Shown here: positions 17,306 through 25,873 of the stretch, one piece after another
Numbering within the stretch: the stretch's first letter is position 1
Layout: each line of letters opens with the position of its first letter
NCBI GenBank assembly: GCA_024682835.1
Contig: JAIKYU010000096.1
Coordinates: 3,101-67,100, forward strand
Length of the DNA stretch: 64,000 bases
Direction of reading: 5' to 3'
DNA from: Lachnospiraceae bacterium
GTDB lineage: Bacteria; Bacillota; Clostridia; Lachnospirales; Lachnospiraceae
Made by a program: the position numbers and the translations under genes
The notes under the pieces: model-generated
Database searches by the model: none
What the model saw: only the letters and a program-made list of their open reading frames with translations
Told to the model about the DNA's origin: nothing

Positions 17306-17599
17306 TTACTCAATGGGCAGATATCCGGAAAGCCCGGTCACATCCAGCAGATCCCTGAGGGAATCACTGACATTACGCATCACAAAGCTTCCTTTCGCCG
17401 CACGCATCTTTTTCTGCACGACGGTAAGGGCCCGCAGACCGGCAGAGCTCAGATACCCGGTATCGGTCATATCAGCCACAAACATCGATCCCTCTCCCGC
17501 CGCAGTCGCCTCCGCGACAAGCGCAAGCATGGCCTCCTGCGTGGCAGCCGCGTTGTTGCCGTCGATGCGTTCCGGTGCTCTGTAAATCGTTTCCTGCAT
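17306..17599 (-). CDS. STAS-domain anti-sigma-factor antagonist
   Basis: DMTDTGYLSSAGLRAL motif with the phosphorylatable Ser; DLLDVTGL C-terminus; 97 aa. Confidence 0.88.
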   Translation of the reverse strand: MQETIYRAPERIDGNNAAATQEAMLALVAEATAAGEGSMFVADMTDTGYLSSAGLRALTVVQKKMRAAKGSFVMRNVSDSLRDLLDVTGLSGYLPIE

Positions 17600-17758
17600 C
17601 TCTTTCTCCTTTTCCGTTCCCTAAAGAACCCATAATCCATTCTATTTTAATAGATAATTTTATAAATAACAATAGAAATTTTTCATCCGCTTGTGGTATG
17701 ATGGATTCCGCGCTACTGTTCAATCAGAAACCGGACGCAGTCATGTATTCACAGGGAG

Positions 17759-18178
17759 ATGGAAATGAACACAATCGAAGAGGTGCGGGACTATTTCAGA
17801 AAGGATCTCTATGCCACGGAAACCACCGGGGCGGAGATCGAAGATGCCCGTCCGGGATATGCAAAAATCCGCTGCGCGATTGACGATCGCCACAGAAATG
17901 CCCGCGGAGCGGTGATGGGCGGCGTGTACCTCACGCTGGCGGATTTTGCCTGCGGGGTCGCCGGAAACTTCAATATCGGTGAGGAAGCGCCCTGCGTCTC
18001 CGCCACCCTGAATATGAGCTTTCTCACCGCAGCGAAAGGCGATGTGCTCTTCGCGGAGGCCAGGGCGGTCAAAAGCGGAAAAAGCCTGGTCTATCTGCAT
18101 GTCGATATCACCGACAACCTGGGGATACTGGTCGCACAGGCCAGCGGAACCAATTTCCGAATGACCCGCAGGGACTAG
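17759..18178 (+). CDS. PaaI family hotdog-fold thioesterase
   Basis: HRNARGAVMGGVYLTLADFACG motif. Confidence 0.9.
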   Translation: MEMNTIEEVRDYFRKDLYATETTGAEIEDARPGYAKIRCAIDDRHRNARGAVMGGVYLTLADFACGVAGNFNIGEEAPCVSATLNMSFLTAAKGDVLFAEARAVKSGKSLVYLHVDITDNLGILVAQASGTNFRMTRRD

Positions 18179-18180
18179 CA

Positions 18181-19458
18181 TCATCCGGACATCTGTCCGT
18201 CCCCTGTTTCCTCATACAGCACATCTCCCGCCTCCACCGCGCCCGGCACATCGGTAATCACCCGTACGCGCTCTTTTGGATGGACGGCTTCCCGGACCGG
18301 TTCACCGTCTTCTCCGTAAATAGCACGCACGCGCAGGCAGGGATCCTTTCCGAAGGTCCGCTTCATCGGCCGAATCACATCCCCGGCGGCAAAACGGTTC
18401 CGTTGTTCAAGATAAAAATCACCGGCTGTCGTTGTACCCTGTACAACCCCCAGAAAACGGCGAGTTCCGAGAGGTGCCTTTCCGGGATCACCCGCAGAAA
18501 GCTCTTCTTCAAAGTAAAAACCGGTGGTGAGTTCTCTCGTCGATACCGCGCGAACCTCCTTCAGAAGCGCCGGGATAGCTGCCCGGTATTCCTCCTCCCT
18601 TCCGTCCGTGATCAGATCAATGGCCGCCCGGTACGCCCTGGCCACCCCGCCCACATAAAGCGCATTTTTCATCCGTCCCTCTATCTTGAAGCTGTCAACG
18701 CCTGCTTCCATGAGCGCCGGCAAATGCTCCAGCATGCACAGATCATTTGAGGCAAGGATTTCCGTCCCCTGCGCATCCTCCTCCACAGGCATATACTCCC
18801 CGGGGCGTTTCTCCTCCACCAGCGCATACCGGTAGCGGCAGGGGTGCGCGCAGGCACCGCCGTTGGCGTCCCGTCCCGTCATGGCTCTGGAAAGCAGGCA
18901 TCTGCCGGAATAGGAAATGCACATAGCTCCGTGGACGAAGCATTCCAGGGAAAGCTCCCCGGGAACCTGTTCCCTGATCCCGCGGATCTGCGACAGTGAA
19001 AGCTCTCTGGCCAGCACCACCCGCCGGACGCCCGCGTCATACCAGAAACGGCAGGACAACGCATTGGTCGTGTTGGCCTGTGTGGAGAGATGGACGGGAA
19101 TCCCCGGACAGTGCTCTCCTGCCAGGACAAGCATCCCCGGATCTGCCACCAGAAGGCCGTCCGGCCGTGCATCAGGGGGAAGTCCCTGCAATTCCCTGAA
19201 AAAAGGGATCGCCTCCGCCAGATCGCTCTCCCGTGCAAAGATATTGGCGGTCACATAGACAAGAACGCCTTCCGCATGCGCCAGAAGGATCGCGTTCCGC
19301 AGCTCCTCTACGGTAAAATTATGCGCCTTTGCGCGAAGAGAAAGTTTCTTTCCGCCTGAATAGACCGCGTCTGCGCCATAGCGCACCGCGGTCTCCATTG
19401 TTTCCATGCTCCCTGCAGGGAGCAGCAATTCCGGTTTTCTCATGCCGCCCTCTCTCAT
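18181..19458 (-). CDS. U32 family protein (TrhP-like tRNA hydroxylase)
   Basis: PELLLPAGS, GADAVY, HGAMCISYSGRC, GACAHPCR, SFKIEGRMK. Confidence 0.9.
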   Translation of the reverse strand: MREGGMRKPELLLPAGSMETMETAVRYGADAVYSGGKKLSLRAKAHNFTVEELRNAILLAHAEGVLVYVTANIFARESDLAEAIPFFRELQGLPPDARPDGLLVADPGMLVLAGEHCPGIPVHLSTQANTTNALSCRFWYDAGVRRVVLARELSLSQIRGIREQVPGELSLECFVHGAMCISYSGRCLLSRAMTGRDANGGACAHPCRYRYALVEEKRPGEYMPVEEDAQGTEILASNDLCMLEHLPALMEAGVDSFKIEGRMKNALYVGGVARAYRAAIDLITDGREEEYRAAIPALLKEVRAVSTRELTTGFYFEEELSAGDPGKAPLGTRRFLGVVQGTTTAGDFYLEQRNRFAAGDVIRPMKRTFGKDPCLRVRAIYGEDGEPVREAVHPKERVRVITDVPGAVEAGDVLYEETGDGQMSG

Positions 19459-20000
19459 TCCTGCGGCGCCTCCCCGTCGGACGGTTCTTCTTCTCCCTGT
19501 CCCGCAACCGGCTCCTTCTCCGCCTGTGCTCCCTCTTCCGTCTCCTTGTCCGACTTTGTCTCCTTCTTCTTTTCCTGCTCCTTCTCCCTGGCCTTTGCTT
19601 CCTTTTCTTCCAGATTGGCCTTTTTGCGCGCCTCAACCGTGGGGGCGGCCATGATTTCAATCATCTGATCCGGTGTCATGGAGGGGGAAAGCTCATAGGT
19701 CCCCGCGCCGATCATCTCGTGATAGACGGACAGTCTCTCCTGAATCCAGAAAAGGCGGGCATCCTTGATCAAGCCCTTCTCTTCAAGCCCCCTGCCGATA
19801 TCCATGACGGAATCAGCCCCCGTGACGGTGAACACGATGGTGGATGTGTTCACCGCGGAAACCGGCTGCTGATCAAATATCTGAAGTCCCGTGTCGTAGG
19901 CATAGCGAATGCCGCGGATGATAAACATCACCGCGATGACTACCAGCACCACCTTACAGATGACGTCAACCGTATTGAAAATGATCCGTTTGACACTCAT
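19455..20000 (-). CDS. Short MltG/YceG-like protein (TM plus LysM-like part, no catalytic domain)
   Basis: LEEKGLI...GTYELSPSM motif of the MltG N-terminus; ends in a charged tail. Confidence 0.7.
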   Translation of the reverse strand: MSVKRIIFNTVDVICKVVLVVIAVMFIIRGIRYAYDTGLQIFDQQPVSAVNTSTIVFTVTGADSVMDIGRGLEEKGLIKDARLFWIQERLSVYHEMIGAGTYELSPSMTPDQMIEIMAAPTVEARKKANLEEKEAKAREKEQEKKKETKSDKETEEGAQAEKEPVAGQGEEEPSDGEAPQE

Positions 20001-20003
20001 CGC

Positions 20004-21701
20004 TTACGCCCGCGCATCCATGATAATCGGTATGATGATCGGCCTGCGCTCCGTCCTTCTCCACAGGAAATTGCCCAGCTCATCCTTCAGGATACCTCGC
20101 AGCTTGTTGCCATCCCGCACACCCTTGTCCAGCGCATGCTGCAACTCCCCGATCACCAGATCCATACAGTCTTCAATCAGTTCATCCGCCTCCCGCATGT
20201 ACACAAATCCGCGGGACTGGATGCTCGGCTCTCCGATCAGCTCGCCCGTCTCCCGGTCCAGCATGGCGGCGACGATGACGATGCCATCCTCTGAAAGATG
20301 CTGTCTGTCTCTCAGAACCGCGTTGCCCACATCGCCAACTCCCTTTCCATCGACCATGATGGCACCGACCGGCACTTTTTCCTTGCTGACAACGGCGCTT
20401 TTGGCCGAAAGCTCCAGCACATCACCGGAGCGCAGAATGAAAATATTTTCGGCAGGGATGCCCAGTTCCTCCGCCAGCTTTCCCTGTGCGATCAGGTGCT
20501 TGTACTCGCCGTGCACCGGCACCGCATATCTGGGCTGTACCAGGGTGTAGATCAGCTTGATATCCTCCTGGCAGGCATGTCCGGATACATGCACATCCTG
20601 CGACACCACATCAGCGCCCTTGAGCAGAAGGTCGTTGATGACGTGCGTCACCGCCTTCTCATTGCCGGGAATCGGATGTGACGAAAGAATCACCGTATCC
20701 CCCTGCTTGATGGTGATCTTTTTGTGCTGGCCGGCAGCCATCCTGGAGAGCGCGGCCATATTCTCGCCCTGGGAGCCTGTCGTGATAATGACCGTCTTAT
20801 TCTCGGGATAGTTTTTGAGCTGTTCGACATCGATGATCGTGTTTTCTGGTATGTGGATGCATTGCAGCTCCTGCGCGATCGTCATGATCGTCATCATGCT
20901 GCGCCCCTCAATGACCACCTTGCGGCCAAATTTGGATGCCGAGTTGATGATCTGCTGCACGCGGTCCACATTGGATGCAAAGGTCGCCACGATGATCCGC
21001 GTGTCGATATACTCCTGAAACAGATGGTCAAAGGTGCGGCCGACCGTCTTTTCGGACGCCGTAAAGCCAGGTCTCTCCACGTTGGTTGAGTCACAAAGAA
21101 GTGCCAGCACACCCCGGCGGCCGATCTCCGCAAAACGCTGCAAATCAATGGGATCCCCGTACACGGGCGTGTAATCGACCTTAAAATCACCGGTGTGCAC
21201 CACCGTGCCGGCAGGCGACGTGATCGCCAGCGCAGCCGCATCCACAATGGAATGGTTGGTCCTGATAAATTCGATGGAAAAAGCGCCCGCCTCGATGACA
21301 TCGCCGAATTTCACCACCTGGCGCGTGGTTGATTCCAGCAGCTGATGCTCCTCCAGCTTGTGCTCTATGATGCCCATCGTCAGCCTGGTGGCATAGAGCG
21401 GAGCATTTAACTGGTTTAAGATATACGGAATTGCACCGATATGATCCTCATGTCCGTGTGTGATAAAAAAGCCCTTCACCAGCTCGCGGTTATCCAGCAG
21501 ATAGGTGATATCCGGGATCACCAGGTCAACGCCCAGCATGTCATCGGTGGGAAAGGCCATGCCGAGATCCACGACAATGATGCTGTCCTCATAGCGAAAG
21601 GCCGTGATATTCATGCCGATCTGTTCCAGACCGCCCAGCGGGATAATCTGAAGCTTCGGCAGATCGTCGCGCTCCTCATTATGATGTTTTTTTCTGCTCA
21701 A
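20004..21701 (-). CDS. rnj: Ribonuclease J
   Basis: IIPLGGLEQIGMN, THGHEDHIG, HTGDFK, HVSGHA. Confidence 0.96.
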   Translation of the reverse strand: MSRKKHHNEERDDLPKLQIIPLGGLEQIGMNITAFRYEDSIIVVDLGMAFPTDDMLGVDLVIPDITYLLDNRELVKGFFITHGHEDHIGAIPYILNQLNAPLYATRLTMGIIEHKLEEHQLLESTTRQVVKFGDVIEAGAFSIEFIRTNHSIVDAAALAITSPAGTVVHTGDFKVDYTPVYGDPIDLQRFAEIGRRGVLALLCDSTNVERPGFTASEKTVGRTFDHLFQEYIDTRIIVATFASNVDRVQQIINSASKFGRKVVIEGRSMMTIMTIAQELQCIHIPENTIIDVEQLKNYPENKTVIITTGSQGENMAALSRMAAGQHKKITIKQGDTVILSSHPIPGNEKAVTHVINDLLLKGADVVSQDVHVSGHACQEDIKLIYTLVQPRYAVPVHGEYKHLIAQGKLAEELGIPAENIFILRSGDVLELSAKSAVVSKEKVPVGAIMVDGKGVGDVGNAVLRDRQHLSEDGIVIVAAMLDRETGELIGEPSIQSRGFVYMREADELIEDCMDLVIGELQHALDKGVRDGNKLRGILKDELGNFLWRRTERRPIIIPIIMDARA

Positions 21702-21707
21702 AACGTT

Positions 21708-21983
21708 TTATTCCTCCAGTGAAATGTCCTCTTCCTCAAGGATGCCTTGAAAGATAAGGGCCGCCTCGTCCCTCTCCGCGTCATCCGATACCATGGTGTA
21801 GCATGCCTCCGCATCCGCTTCGGCGGAATCGTCGCGCAGAATAAACGCCTCCGTGTCCTCCTCTCCCTCCGGATCGGTGTCCGTCACCAGCAGGTAGGAA
21901 CGGCCCTTGATCAGGGTCTGCGCCACGACATAAAATTCAACCGGCGCCTGTCCCTGCGCCGGAATAAAGGATAGTTTTTCCAT
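21708..21983 (-). CDS. DUF1292 family acidic protein
   Basis: Acidic 91-aa protein, FYVV...Y.LV pattern, usual position after ruvX. Confidence 0.8.
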   Translation of the reverse strand: MEKLSFIPAQGQAPVEFYVVAQTLIKGRSYLLVTDTDPEGEEDTEAFILRDDSAEADAEACYTMVSDDAERDEAALIFQGILEEEDISLEE

Positions 21984-22389
21984 TCAGATAGTCCTGTAAG
22001 ATAATCTCTGCAGCGATGCTGTCGATGCTTGCCTTCCACTCCCGTTTCGGAATCCCCCGCATGCGCAGCAGCTCCTCCGCTTCCACGCTTGTCAGGCGTT
22101 CGTCCTGCATCACGACCGGCAGCCCCAGGCGCGCATGAAGCTTTTCACCAAAGGAGAGCGTAATTTTCGCACGCTCCGACATGCATCCGTCCAAATGAAG
22201 CGGAAGCCCCAGCACGATCAGCTCCGCACCGGTCTCAGAAACCAGCTCCTCCAGCCGCCTGAACGTCGGCCGAAGCTTGTTTTCCGCATCCCTGCGGATG
22301 ATTTCGCGGGCGGAAGCAATCGTTCCGGTCGCGTCAGAAACAGCGACCCCGACCGTGTATCTGCCGTAGTCCAGCCCGATCACACGCAA
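21937..22389 (-). CDS. ruvX: RuvX/YqgF pre-16S rRNA nuclease
   Basis: IGLDYG, GVAVSD, LGLP, DERLTS, DSIAA..IL. Confidence 0.93.
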   Translation of the reverse strand: MRVIGLDYGRYTVGVAVSDATGTIASAREIIRRDAENKLRPTFRRLEELVSETGAELIVLGLPLHLDGCMSERAKITLSFGEKLHARLGLPVVMQDERLTSVEAEELLRMRGIPKREWKASIDSIAAEIILQDYLNGKTILYSGAGTGAG

Positions 22390-22408
22390 GCCGCGTCCCC
22401 TTTTTCCG

Positions 22409-22681
22409 TCAGTCAGACCAGCCGTTGGTGCGGATATACTCGTTCAGCATCTCCTCGACCAGCTCGTCACGCTCCACCTTCATGATGAGGCTTCTTGCAC
22501 CCTTATAGCTGGTGATGTAGGTCGGATCACCGGACATGATGTAGCCCACAATCTGATTCACCGGGTCGTAACCCTTTTCGGAAAGTGCCTCGTACACGAC
22601 AGACAGCACCTTCTTGGCTCCCGTTTCGGGATCCGGCTGCACCTTGAAATACTGTGTCTGACCCAAATCCTGTTCCTGCAT
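22409..22681 (-). CDS. ireB: IreB family regulatory phosphoprotein
   Basis: VYEAL.EKGYDPVNQIVGYIMSGDPTYIT; start moved to the ATG after a GAAGGGGG RBS. Confidence 0.92.
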   Translation of the reverse strand: MQEQDLGQTQYFKVQPDPETGAKKVLSVVYEALSEKGYDPVNQIVGYIMSGDPTYITSYKGARSLIMKVERDELVEEMLNEYIRTNGWSD

Positions 22682-22794
22682 GATATCCCCCTTCAAAAAA
22701 ACACTTACAATCCAGCGCTTCGCCGGCGCTGAATGGAAACACAAACAGTTCTATATATTGTAGCGGAATCTTCTCCCTTTTGCAATAGCAGGTG

Positions 22795-24174
22795 TTACGA
22801 TTTGATCAACAAAATCTCATCCGTCAAAAAACGCTCCGCCACCCCTTCCGTGACTGTCCCGGCAGGATTGCCGTCGGATATAAAGGCATCATACGGGACG
22901 GCTGCCCGGACGTAACGCTCGGTGTGTCCTGTCAGATAGCGGATTCCGTCAACCGTCTCATCATCCTCCCAGAGAATCTTCAGCCTCTCGCCGATAAACA
23001 GCGCCCGGTATGCGCGGGCCTGCGAAGCGGTCATGGACAGGAGATCCGCGCTTCGGCTCTCTTTCACAGCACGTGTGCACTGTCCGGGCATGGAACAGGC
23101 GATCGTTCCCTCCCTTCTGGAATAGGGAAAAACATGCATTTCATAGAGTCCCAGTGCCTGCAGAAACTGTCTGGTCGCCAGAAACTCCTCCTCCGTCTCC
23201 CCGGGGAATCCCGTGATGATATCGGTCGTGATGGCCGGGCGGTCGATACAGTTTCTTAAAAATTCTACGCTTCGCGCATACTGTTTCACCGTGTAGTGCC
23301 GGTTCATCCTGCGCAGGGTCTCATCACAGCCGCTCTGAAGAGAAAGATGAAAATGAGGGCAGAGCTTCCCGCCCTGTGCCGGATCTGAAAGCGCCGCAAA
23401 CGCCCGTGCGATCTCTTCCGTGATCAGACGGGGCTCCAGAGACCCCAGACGGATACGCGCAATCCCATCGATTGGCGACAGACGTTCGATCAGCCGGATG
23501 AGCGGACGCCCGTCAAAGGTGTTCGCGTTTTCCTTCGCACCGTAGGAGGACAGGTGTATACCCGTGAGCACGATTTCCCGCACCCCCTGCGCGGCAAGAC
23601 GGGATACCTCGGCTTCGATATCCGCCGCATCCCTGCTGCGTGCGCGGCCTCTTGCGTACGGAATCACACAATAGGTGCAGAACTGATTGCAGCCGTCCTG
23701 CACCTTGATCCAGGCGCGTGTTCTGGAAAAAGGCTCCTTTGTCAGCCCCGTCTCTCCTGCGGTCTCATAGGTGATCTCCTCCAGCGGCATCCGCCTGGTT
23801 TCTGTCTTTTTCCCGTGCGTCAGGTACTCCTCCACGATCTCCGCGATCCGTGCCTTCTGGAGGTTACCCACCGCGAGATCCACCGGCGTGTCCCCCGCCA
23901 GAGCTGCCGATCCCGTTTCGACAAAACAGCCTGCGGCCACCACAACCGCATCGGGATTCAGCCTGCGCGCGCGATGCAGCATCTGCCGGCTTTTCTTGTC
24001 CGCAATCCGAGTCACGGTGCAGGTGTTGACGACGTAGATATCCGCTTTTTGTTCAAATGTCACAATTTCATATCCCTTTTCACGGAAGCTTTGCAGCATA
24101 ATTTCCGCTTCATAGCCGTTGACCTTGCAGCCGAGATTGTGAAATGCGACACGTTTTCCGTTCTTTTCGCTCAT
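22795..24174 (-). CDS. mtaB: tRNA t6A37 methylthiotransferase
   Basis: LGCKVN, NTCTVT, radical-SAM QDGCNQFCTYC; start moved to MSEKNGK. Confidence 0.93.
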   Translation of the reverse strand: MSEKNGKRVAFHNLGCKVNGYEAEIMLQSFREKGYEIVTFEQKADIYVVNTCTVTRIADKKSRQMLHRARRLNPDAVVVAAGCFVETGSAALAGDTPVDLAVGNLQKARIAEIVEEYLTHGKKTETRRMPLEEITYETAGETGLTKEPFSRTRAWIKVQDGCNQFCTYCVIPYARGRARSRDAADIEAEVSRLAAQGVREIVLTGIHLSSYGAKENANTFDGRPLIRLIERLSPIDGIARIRLGSLEPRLITEEIARAFAALSDPAQGGKLCPHFHLSLQSGCDETLRRMNRHYTVKQYARSVEFLRNCIDRPAITTDIITGFPGETEEEFLATRQFLQALGLYEMHVFPYSRREGTIACSMPGQCTRAVKESRSADLLSMTASQARAYRALFIGERLKILWEDDETVDGIRYLTGHTERYVRAAVPYDAFISDGNPAGTVTEGVAERFLTDEILLIKS

Positions 24175-24194
24175 ATTTTTGTTCGTATTACCGA

Positions 24195-24223
24195 TTGACT
24201 TTTCCCTGCGCACCGATTATGAT
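24195..24223 (+). promoter_or_regulatory. Sigma-A promoter of the HPr-like gene
   Basis: TTGACT-17-TATGAT, then an AAAGGAGG RBS. Confidence 0.75.
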
Positions 24224-24248
24224 AGGGGCAGAAAGGAGGCTAACACCT

Positions 24249-24479
24249 ATGAAAACCGTAAAGATTTCTCTTAATTCGATCGACAAGGTAAAGAGCTTTG
24301 TCAATGACATCACAAAGTTCGACAATGACTTTGATCTGGTCTCCGGCAGGTATGTCATCGATGCGAAGTCCATCATGGGCATCTTTTCGCTCGATCTTTC
24401 CAAGCCGATCGACCTCAACATTCATGCGGATGATGACGCGGAAAACGTCATGAAGGCGTTACAGCCTTATCTGGTCTGA
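24249..24479 (+). CDS. HPr-family protein lacking His15
   Basis: IDAKSIMGIFSL (Ser46 motif); no GLHARP; 76 aa. Confidence 0.88.
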   Translation: MKTVKISLNSIDKVKSFVNDITKFDNDFDLVSGRYVIDAKSIMGIFSLDLSKPIDLNIHADDDAENVMKALQPYLV

Positions 24480-24530
24480 ATTCAGCCATGATCTCTCAGG
24501 CTTTCCTGAGGGATCCGCAAGAAGTTTTCC

Positions 24531-24557
24531 AAGCCCCGGCACATTGCCGGGGTTTTT
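24531..24557 (+). terminator. Rho-independent terminator after the HPr-like gene
   Basis: CCCCGGCA-CAT-TGCCGGGG followed by TTTTT. Confidence 0.75.
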
Positions 24558-24596
24558 CCTTTCTCCGAAAGCCTTTGGGGCTCTATCCGCGGTCCT

Positions 24597-25826
24597 CTAC
24601 AGCGGAGCATATCCTTCCGCGCGGGAGTCCGTCACGGTCACAACCTCCTCCTGTGCAATCGCCTCCCGCATCAGTTCATCCAGCTCCCCTGCAATCGCTT
24701 TTTCATGGCGCATGATGATGTCCAGCCGCGGATGGGTTACGGGATGTTTGGCCACAAAGATCGTGCAGCAGTCCTCATACGGCAGGATCGAAGTTTCATA
24801 GGTGCCGATCCGCTCGGAAATCGTGATGATATCCTGCTTGTCATGCGCGATCAGCGGCCGGTAAACAGGAAGCGAATGCACCGCTTCATCCGTCACCATA
24901 AGACTCTGCATGGTCTGTGAAGCCACCTGACCGATGCTCTCTCCGGTGATCAGGCCGATACAGCCGTTGGCCAGCGCCAGTTCCTCCGCGATATGCATCA
25001 TACAGCGCCGCATGATGATGGTCAGCTCATCCCGCGGGCATTTCTCGTAGATTGCCAGCTGCGTCGCCGTAAAATTCACGATATGAAGGCGGATCGGGCC
25101 GGAAAAGCGTGCCACCAGCTCCGCGAGATCCACGACCTTCTGCTTTGCACGGTCGCTGGTGTACGGCGGCGCATGGAAATACACCGCTTCAAGCTGTGCC
25201 CCCCGTCTGGCGATCTGATACCCGGCCACCGGGGAATCGATTCCGCCGGACAGAAGGAGCATGGCCTTTCCCGCCGTGCCGGTGGGGAGACCGCCGGGAC
25301 CCGGGATCTCCTCGGAGAAGAGATTGACCTGTTCCCTGAGCTCCACATGAAAAAGAATCTCGGGATGGTGTACATCCACCCTCAGGGAAGGCAGCGCATC
25401 GAGGAGCTTTTCTCCCAGCGCAGCGCCCACTTCCATGGAATCCAGCGGATAGCTTTTATCCACGCGCCTGCAGGTCACCTTGAAGGTCTTTGCGCAGTCC
25501 GGACCGTAAATCTCCGAAAAATAGCGGATCGCCGCCTCTCCCAATGCATTGATATCCGGAAGCCTGTGTTCCCTGCGCGGAATCGTCACCGCCGGACAGA
25601 TGCCCAGCACACCGAACACGCATGTAAGGGCGGCAATAGCCTCCTCGTATACGAATTCCCTTCTTGCCTCGACGTAGAGGCGTCCCGCAATGCAGGTGAC
25701 ACGAAACTCCCCCACGGGATCCAGCGCGTGTTGAATCCGCTGCACCAGCGCGTCCTCAAAAATGTGACGGTTCTTTCCCTTGACGCCGATCTCGGCATAT
25801 TTGATGATAAACGCTTCGTATTTCAT
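24597..25826 (-). CDS. thiI: tRNA 4-thiouridine synthase
   Basis: IKYAEIGVKGKNR, THUMP domain, LLSGGIDSPVA, DCCTIF; start moved to MKYEAF. Confidence 0.95.
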   Translation of the reverse strand: MKYEAFIIKYAEIGVKGKNRHIFEDALVQRIQHALDPVGEFRVTCIAGRLYVEARREFVYEEAIAALTCVFGVLGICPAVTIPRREHRLPDINALGEAAIRYFSEIYGPDCAKTFKVTCRRVDKSYPLDSMEVGAALGEKLLDALPSLRVDVHHPEILFHVELREQVNLFSEEIPGPGGLPTGTAGKAMLLLSGGIDSPVAGYQIARRGAQLEAVYFHAPPYTSDRAKQKVVDLAELVARFSGPIRLHIVNFTATQLAIYEKCPRDELTIIMRRCMMHIAEELALANGCIGLITGESIGQVASQTMQSLMVTDEAVHSLPVYRPLIAHDKQDIITISERIGTYETSILPYEDCCTIFVAKHPVTHPRLDIIMRHEKAIAGELDELMREAIAQEEVVTVTDSRAEGYAPL

Positions 25827-25873
25827 TCTCTCCACCTGAAAACCGCAGGAAACCCATATACCGCGCGCATCCT

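Larger units (their letters stand above)
1..17599 (-). other. T4SS-like operon (STAS-CPBP-VirD4-Ig surface protein-VirB6-VirB6-VirB4-SBP-hyp-Ig surface protein-VirB6-hyp-hyp...), truncated by the window start
   Basis: At least 13 co-oriented ORFs with overlaps or gaps of mostly 21 nt or less (largest 71, 81 and 103 nt); contains recognisable VirD4 and VirB4 ATPases. Confidence 0.8.

Noticed and set aside
1-17599. Calling the locus an ICE or conjugative element
   Set aside because: No relaxase, integrase, excisionase or att site is visible in the window; left open because the locus is truncated
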